Positions 28,360 to 32,000 of a stretch of 32,000 nucleotides of DNA are shown here, piece after piece. The stretch is taken from positions 3,240,001-3,272,000 of the forward strand of contig NC_010628.1 of the NCBI RefSeq assembly GCF_000020025.1, given 5' to 3'. Made by a program: the position numbers and the translations under genes. Numbering within the stretch: position 1 is the stretch's first letter; the number at the start of each line of letters is the position of its first letter. The notes beneath the pieces were generated by a model. The model ran no database searches, was not told the DNA's origin, and was given only the letters and a program-made list of their open reading frames with translations. The stretch comes from Nostoc punctiforme PCC 73102. Lineage in GTDB: Bacteria; Cyanobacteriota; Cyanobacteriia; Cyanobacteriales; Nostocaceae.

Positions 28360-28629
28360 ATGATCATGGCAAAAAGAGACAGGACGTTTGTTCAAGTACA
28401 AGTAGATCCGGATAAAAAGAACAGGTTTGCCGAGAAACTGGAGGGAGAGGGCAAGAAGATAACGGATATCATCAATCAGTGGATTGATGAATATCTTGGT
28501 GAATCACCCGCTGATGTCGATGTGACGGAATTAAAAAACAATGTTGCTCTGCTACAAGAGCGCTTATCTGTTCTAGAGCAAGCTTTTCAGACAAAGGAGA
28601 AAGAATACCAGGGGGAATCCGTCGCCTGA
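28360..28629 (+). CDS. Ribbon-helix-helix-like regulator with a C-terminal coiled coil (candidate lysogeny/immunity regulator)
   Basis: 89 aa, ATG start. RTFVQVQVDPDKKNRFAEKLEGEGKKITDIINQWIDEYL has an RHH-like pattern, followed by LKNNVALLQERLSVLEQAFQTKEKE. It is divergent from the early leftward operon. Confidence 0.55.
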   Translation: MIMAKRDRTFVQVQVDPDKKNRFAEKLEGEGKKITDIINQWIDEYLGESPADVDVTELKNNVALLQERLSVLEQAFQTKEKEYQGESVA

Positions 28630-28689
28630 GAGACGAGAACGCATCTCTCAGGCAAATACACGAAAAACTTAAAGAACTGCTTCATGAAA

Positions 28690-28720
28690 AACCCGCCAAC
28701 GATTTGGCGGGTTAATTTTT
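28690..28720 (+). terminator. Rho-independent terminator
   Basis: AACCCGCCAA (28690-28699) cgat TTGGCGGGTT (28704-28713) AATTTTT. Confidence 0.75.
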
Positions 28721-28768
28721 GGTGTAGCATGGCAATGGTATTACAAAACCATGATTGAATTATGAACA

Positions 28769-28972
28769 ATGGGCAAAAGAAAATTAAAGCCTGGCGATCG
28801 CGTTGTTTTTGAGTCTCACGATGAGCAGTGTAAGCCATTTCAGCAATTTGGTACTGTAAAACACTATGTTTATCCAGATTTTCACCCAAATGGATACATT
28901 GAGGTGGTGGATAGTGATGGCGACACAATTCTTTATGGTAATGCAGGTAAAGGAATTCAGAAAGTCAAATAA
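28769..28972 (+). CDS. Hypothetical small protein
   Basis: 67 aa, ATG start (MGKRKLKPGDRVVFESHDEQCKPF...). A competing - strand ORF was rejected. Confidence 0.5.
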   Translation: MGKRKLKPGDRVVFESHDEQCKPFQQFGTVKHYVYPDFHPNGYIEVVDSDGDTILYGNAGKGIQKVK

Positions 28973-28990
28973 CAAAAACAGAAAATTGCT

Positions 28991-29131
28991 ATGAAATATA
29001 TCAACGAAATAACACGACAAATTTGCATTTTGATAGAGCGCACTATGGCAATAGCACCTTATTCCTTGGTTGAATATTCCGATGGTACCCGCAAGCTCGA
29101 ACACTGCGCTAATTTAAAAAGATTGGAGTAG
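28991..29131 (+). CDS. Possible small ORF (46 aa), not in the track
   Basis: MKYINEITRQICILIERTMAIAPYSLVEYSDGTRKLEHCANLKRLE*. It is co-directional with its neighbours, but there is no supporting motif. Confidence 0.25.
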   Translation: MKYINEITRQICILIERTMAIAPYSLVEYSDGTRKLEHCANLKRLE

Positions 29132-29241
29132 ATATTTTGTCTAAGCTACAAAAACTGACTTTCGTCCAATATATAAAATTTTATTAAGTGGAAGTAGTCG
29201 CTTTTGATAAAAGTATTTTTGTACTATAAAAATTTAAAATA

Positions 29242-29421
29242 ATGACAGTTGAGGAATTAATTACTGAATTACAATCTTTTCCTTTAGATATGGAAGTACA
29301 GATCCGCGCCTCACGTAGCCAGTTAGAAATTGATTCAATCCATGTAGATAGTATAGGCAAGATAGTAGAGATAGACATTGGGGATATAGATATCGGTCAT
29401 GAATATGACGATGAATATTAA
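29242..29421 (+). CDS. Small acidic hypothetical protein (59 aa), not in the track
   Basis: MTVEELITELQSFPLDMEVQIRASRSQLEIDSIHVDSIGKIVEIDIGDIDIGHEYDDEY*. Preferred over the two overlapping - strand ORFs, which have odd low-complexity translations. Confidence 0.4.
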   Translation: MTVEELITELQSFPLDMEVQIRASRSQLEIDSIHVDSIGKIVEIDIGDIDIGHEYDDEY

Positions 29422-29511
29422 GTGACGAAATACTAATTATGCCGCCCTGACAGAGGCGGAAAGCAAGCCTTTGCATTTATCAGGGCAATCCCATTGTACT
29501 AAATAGGAATT

Positions 29512-29718
29512 ATGACTGAAAACTATCCACTTTATATAAAGCTTTCTGTTCAGAAGTTAAACCAGATTACGGCAACCGACGACTACGATCCAACAGACAA
29601 TCTAGACCATGAGGGCTACACAAATCGCCCAGAGTGCCCAAACTGCGGTTCTCATGATATTGTCTGGGATGAAATGGAGGAAGCCAATCGATGTGAGGAA
29701 TGCGATTGGTTTGGCTAA
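29512..29718 (+). CDS. Small Zn-ribbon protein
   Basis: 68 aa. CPNCGSHDIVWDEMEEANRCEECDWFG (two CxxC pairs). Confidence 0.55.
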   Translation: MTENYPLYIKLSVQKLNQITATDDYDPTDNLDHEGYTNRPECPNCGSHDIVWDEMEEANRCEECDWFG

Positions 29719-29747
29719 TTGGAGCCACCAGAAGACAAAATGGAATT

Positions 29748-29969
29748 ATGACTCACAGATTTGATGATGATGGCGGTGATAATTACAACGGTGACGATGA
29801 CTGGGAACCTGGATCGCACAATAACCCTTGCCAACTGTATGATGATTGTCTTAGGGTTTGCCCTTTCTGCCACGGCAAAGGCAAGAGTCGCAGTTTATTT
29901 GATTATAAAAATTTTGATGAATTCATTTCAGAGAAATGCACACCTTGTAATGGATCTGGGTATCGTTAA
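29748..29969 (+). CDS. Small protein with two DnaJ-type CxxCxGxG zinc-finger motifs
   Basis: The track ORF is trimmed to the ATG at 29748 (MTHRFDDDGGDNYNGDDDW...). Contains CPFCHGKG and CTPCNGSG. Confidence 0.55.
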   Translation: MTHRFDDDGGDNYNGDDDWEPGSHNNPCQLYDDCLRVCPFCHGKGKSRSLFDYKNFDEFISEKCTPCNGSGYR

Positions 29970-29992
29970 GTGCAAAATGGAGATTTTGACAA

Positions 29993-31333
29993 CTAAATTT
30001 TAAAAAGTACCGAACTAACCACTCCGTCTTTAATAATCACTTTTTCTATCAACGCCCGAAATATTACCCGCTTTTCATCATCTGGCAGCGTATGCCAATA
30101 CAAAGGATCGGGGAACGATTTGAGCATATCAATTCTAGAATCAGTTTCAACTTGGCGATCGCCCAAGCTATAAACAAATTCATTGATGCGTCGCTGTAAC
30201 TTGGTTTTTGCATCCTCAATGTCTGGATCGTACCCTAATTGAGATAAAGCAGTTAGGCGCGATCGCAGTTGCATCAACTCTTGGGGTTCTATGGTGGTGG
30301 CGGTAATACCGGCAAAATTAACAATTTCCCTAGATTTTTTGACCAACATTGAAATCACTGCATCTTCCACGATTTCAATACGCGGCGTGCGTCGTTGTGA
30401 ACAAGTTTGAGATTGAATGCGCTGTTTGCGGCGGCGACAATAAACATAGATTCTTTCATTAGGGGCAGTTCCCCCGTGTGCCACGGTCATCTTAATTTGG
30501 CATTCGCCGCAGAACATCAACCCCCCCAAAGGATACTGTCTAGCGATGCGGTTTTGGCCCCAGTACTGTTTGTTATTTTGGAAAATCTCACAAATGACCC
30601 GATATTCAATTTCAGTCATCACCGCTTGATCGGAATGGGTATTGTGAATTATGGTTTCCCATTGTTCGTAGGTGCGATTATAGGGTGTGTGTCCTCGGAG
30701 CGTGGGATTAAGCAACCAGCGCCGCAAACCGTTGGCCGTCCACTGCTTACCATATTTCTCATCAATTAATCGGCAAGCGCCTTGGAGCGATCGCACCGCC
30801 AAAAATGCCTCAATTTGACCACGGGCGTTGACTTTGGGGTCAAGTTGGTATTTTTCATCTACTCGAATGTAGCCGTAGGGTGGCTTAGGATTAGCTTTTA
30901 CCTTTTCACGGAAGTATTCAAACCCCTTTTTAATCCTCATACTCAGCATTCGGCTTTCAAATTCGGCATTTAGCCCAGCTTGACTGCGCTGTAGCCATTG
31001 ATAGGGATTAGCAAGGTCAATCAGTCCGCCAGCATCTAATATCTCTAGCTGCACTTCACACCGAAAAAATGTTTCTAAGATTTGCAAAGTTGTGATTCCC
31101 CGCCTTGTAATGCGATCGTCACGGGTAATGCACACACAACTTACTTGGCGCGATCGCACCAATGCCATCAATTTTTCAAATTCAGGTCGGTCATCATCAC
31201 TCCCTGATTGAATATCAAAAAATATTTCTTGGCAGCCAGCACGCTCTAGTCGGTTAATTTGTTGGGCAGCCGCATGAGTACAATCAGCTTGCTCGTTTGT
31301 CGAAACCCTTCCGTAACCTAGTTTTTGTTTCAT
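29993..31333 (-). CDS. Large serine recombinase (integrase), XisF/SpoIVCA/phiC31 class
   Basis: 446 aa. The N-terminus KLGYGRVSTNEQ is the catalytic Ser motif of the resolvase domain, with ITRDDRITRRG. The recombinase domain and Zn ribbon (FCGECQIKM...YVYCRRRKQ) and a C-terminal helical region follow. It is the last gene of the element. Confidence 0.9.
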   Translation of the reverse strand: MKQKLGYGRVSTNEQADCTHAAAQQINRLERAGCQEIFFDIQSGSDDDRPEFEKLMALVRSRQVSCVCITRDDRITRRGITTLQILETFFRCEVQLEILDAGGLIDLANPYQWLQRSQAGLNAEFESRMLSMRIKKGFEYFREKVKANPKPPYGYIRVDEKYQLDPKVNARGQIEAFLAVRSLQGACRLIDEKYGKQWTANGLRRWLLNPTLRGHTPYNRTYEQWETIIHNTHSDQAVMTEIEYRVICEIFQNNKQYWGQNRIARQYPLGGLMFCGECQIKMTVAHGGTAPNERIYVYCRRRKQRIQSQTCSQRRTPRIEIVEDAVISMLVKKSREIVNFAGITATTIEPQELMQLRSRLTALSQLGYDPDIEDAKTKLQRRINEFVYSLGDRQVETDSRIDMLKSFPDPLYWHTLPDDEKRVIFRALIEKVIIKDGVVSSVLFKI

Positions 31334-31370
31334 TTGCCGTTTTAACTCTCACTACAGTGAAGCCTTAGAT

Positions 31371-31931
31371 ATGATGGGAGTTGCTCTCAGTAATAAATGT
31401 AAATATGAAGTTGATAATCATCCTTGGCAAAATCCAATTACTACTGTAGGTATAACTGTGTTACCTAAAGGCGATTTATTGCATCACAAATTTGGTGTAA
31501 TAGATAGCCAAACAGTAATTACAGGTTCTCATAATTGGTCAGACGCTGCCAATAATGGTAACGATGAGACACTTGTAGTAATTGAAAATCCCATAGTTGC
31601 GGCTCACTATGTGCGAGAATTTGCTCGTCTTTATGCCAAAGTTAAACCCGGCTTACCACCAGCAATTCAAGAAAAGGTGAAATTAGAACAAACACGCTGT
31701 CCCCAGATCAAAAGTTCTTCATCAAGTGAACTACAAGCAATTAAACAAATAAATATTAATATTGCAAGTTTGCCAGAATTAGAAACTCTCCCTGGCGTGG
31801 GTAAGAAGTTAGCACAACGGATAATTCTTAGCCGTCAACAGCAAAAGTTTACATCTTTACAAGACTTAGAAAGAGTTCCAGGGGTTAAGGCGAAGACATT
31901 GGAAAAATGGCGCGATCGCGTGGTTTGGTAG
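31371..31931 (+). CDS. 3' portion of an interrupted host gene: PLD-family (HKD) nuclease domain fused to a ComEA-type HhH DNA-binding domain
   Basis: The HKD motif LLHHKFGVIDSQTVITGSHNWSDAANNGNDE starts at residue ~36 of the ORF, which is too close to the N-terminus for a complete PLD fold. C-terminus LPELETLPGVGKKLAQRIILSR...LQDLERVPGVKAKTLEKWRD. The frame stays open upstream to 31317, inside element sequence. Confidence 0.65.
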   Translation: MMGVALSNKCKYEVDNHPWQNPITTVGITVLPKGDLLHHKFGVIDSQTVITGSHNWSDAANNGNDETLVVIENPIVAAHYVREFARLYAKVKPGLPPAIQEKVKLEQTRCPQIKSSSSSELQAIKQININIASLPELETLPGVGKKLAQRIILSRQQQKFTSLQDLERVPGVKAKTLEKWRDRVVW

Positions 31932-31952
31932 CAGTTTTTGTTTAAAAAATAA

Positions 31953-31983
31953 GATCCCCGACCTCTCAAAGAAGTCGGGGATC
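31953..31983. repeat. Host-type hairpin repeat GATCCCCGAC-N11-GTCGGGGATC (possible terminator of the PLD/ComEA gene)
   Basis: Arms at 31953-31962 and 31974-31983, located 22 bp after the stop codon. This palindromic unit is, to my recollection, a common intergenic repeat in Nostoc/Anabaena-type genomes. Confidence 0.6.
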
Positions 31984-32000
31984 TGGGGCACACAAATTAA

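Larger units (their letters stand above)
1..31360. mobile_element. Right-hand part of a prophage-like integrated element (left end outside the window; right boundary approximate)
   Basis: Phage/mobile gene content is continuous from base 1 to the recombinase start codon at 31333: capsid, portal, MuF, lysis, HNH, Rep and serine recombinase genes. A host-type gene fragment begins at 31371. The att core cannot be fixed without the other junction. Confidence 0.65.
1..32000. repeat. HIP1 (GCGATCGC) highly iterated palindromes dispersed through the window
   Basis: The octamer occurs dozens of times in coding and non-coding sequence, e.g. 666-673, 10377-10384, 30155-30162, 31912-31919. It is a hallmark of many cyanobacterial chromosomes. 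By eye I found none in 11021-11996, 23374-24828 or 28802-30154. Confidence 0.9.

Noticed and set aside
28587-29476. - strand ORFs 28587-28928, 28784-29104, 29184-29378 and 29261-29476
   Set aside because: They run through a + strand terminator and through co-directional small + strand ORFs. Their translations are Phe/Ile/Cys-rich, typical of antisense AT-rich DNA.
29761-30973. ORFs 29761-30003, 30407-30769 and 30782-30973 (+)
   Set aside because: The first is an out-of-frame overlap of the CxxCxGxG ORF, and the others are antisense to the serine recombinase gene.
1-32000. CRISPR arrays, tRNA/tmRNA/rRNA genes, reverse transcriptase (retron/DGR) and classical toxin-antitoxin pairs
   Set aside because: There are no regularly spaced direct repeats, and no GTTCRANYC T-loop-like sequences in a cloverleaf context. 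No YxDD-containing ORF was seen. The lone XRE and RHH genes have no adjacent small toxin-like partner.

Overview
Bases 1 to about 31,350 are the right-hand part of a large prophage-like integrated element. The host looks like a filamentous (Nostocales-type) cyanobacterium: GCGATCGC (HIP1) palindromes occur throughout, and there is a heptamer STRR-like tandem repeat, three copies of a 60-80 bp MITE-like dispersed repeat, and a GATCCCCGAC...GTCGGGGATC hairpin at the right end. The element ends with a large serine recombinase gene (29993-31333, -). Its start codon is 37 bp from a host gene (31371-31931, +) that appears to be only the 3' part of a PLD-family (HKD) nuclease / ComEA-HhH fusion. The element therefore seems to interrupt a host gene, and the other junction lies left of the window. 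Content from right to left: (1) small Zn-ribbon ORFs; (2) a divergent RHH-regulator / early-operon switch region; (3) an early leftward operon with a Rho_N/SAP-like protein, a SpoT-type HD alarmone hydrolase, a DUF5131 (Gp37/Gp68) protein, an HTH protein plus a pC194-type rolling-circle Rep-like ORF, and a HAD-IIIA phosphatase; (4) a lysis cassette (PG-binding hydrolase plus holin-like protein) followed by an FHA-domain protein and a membrane coiled-coil protein; (5) a second RHH-headed operon with HNH nucleases; (6) a 246-bp non-coding motif array; (7) a module of membrane protein, membrane-anchored FtsK/TraB-like P-loop ATPase and HNH; (8) a rightward block with a portal gene and small ORFs; (9) a leftward head module with a 1405-aa MuF-HhH-coiled-coil giant, a protease/scaffold-like gene, a decoration-like gene, and a gpE-like major capsid gene that runs off the left edge and is absent from the ORF track. 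No terminase, tRNA, rRNA or CRISPR array was recognised. All functional calls rest on motifs read by eye from the translations, not on database searches.
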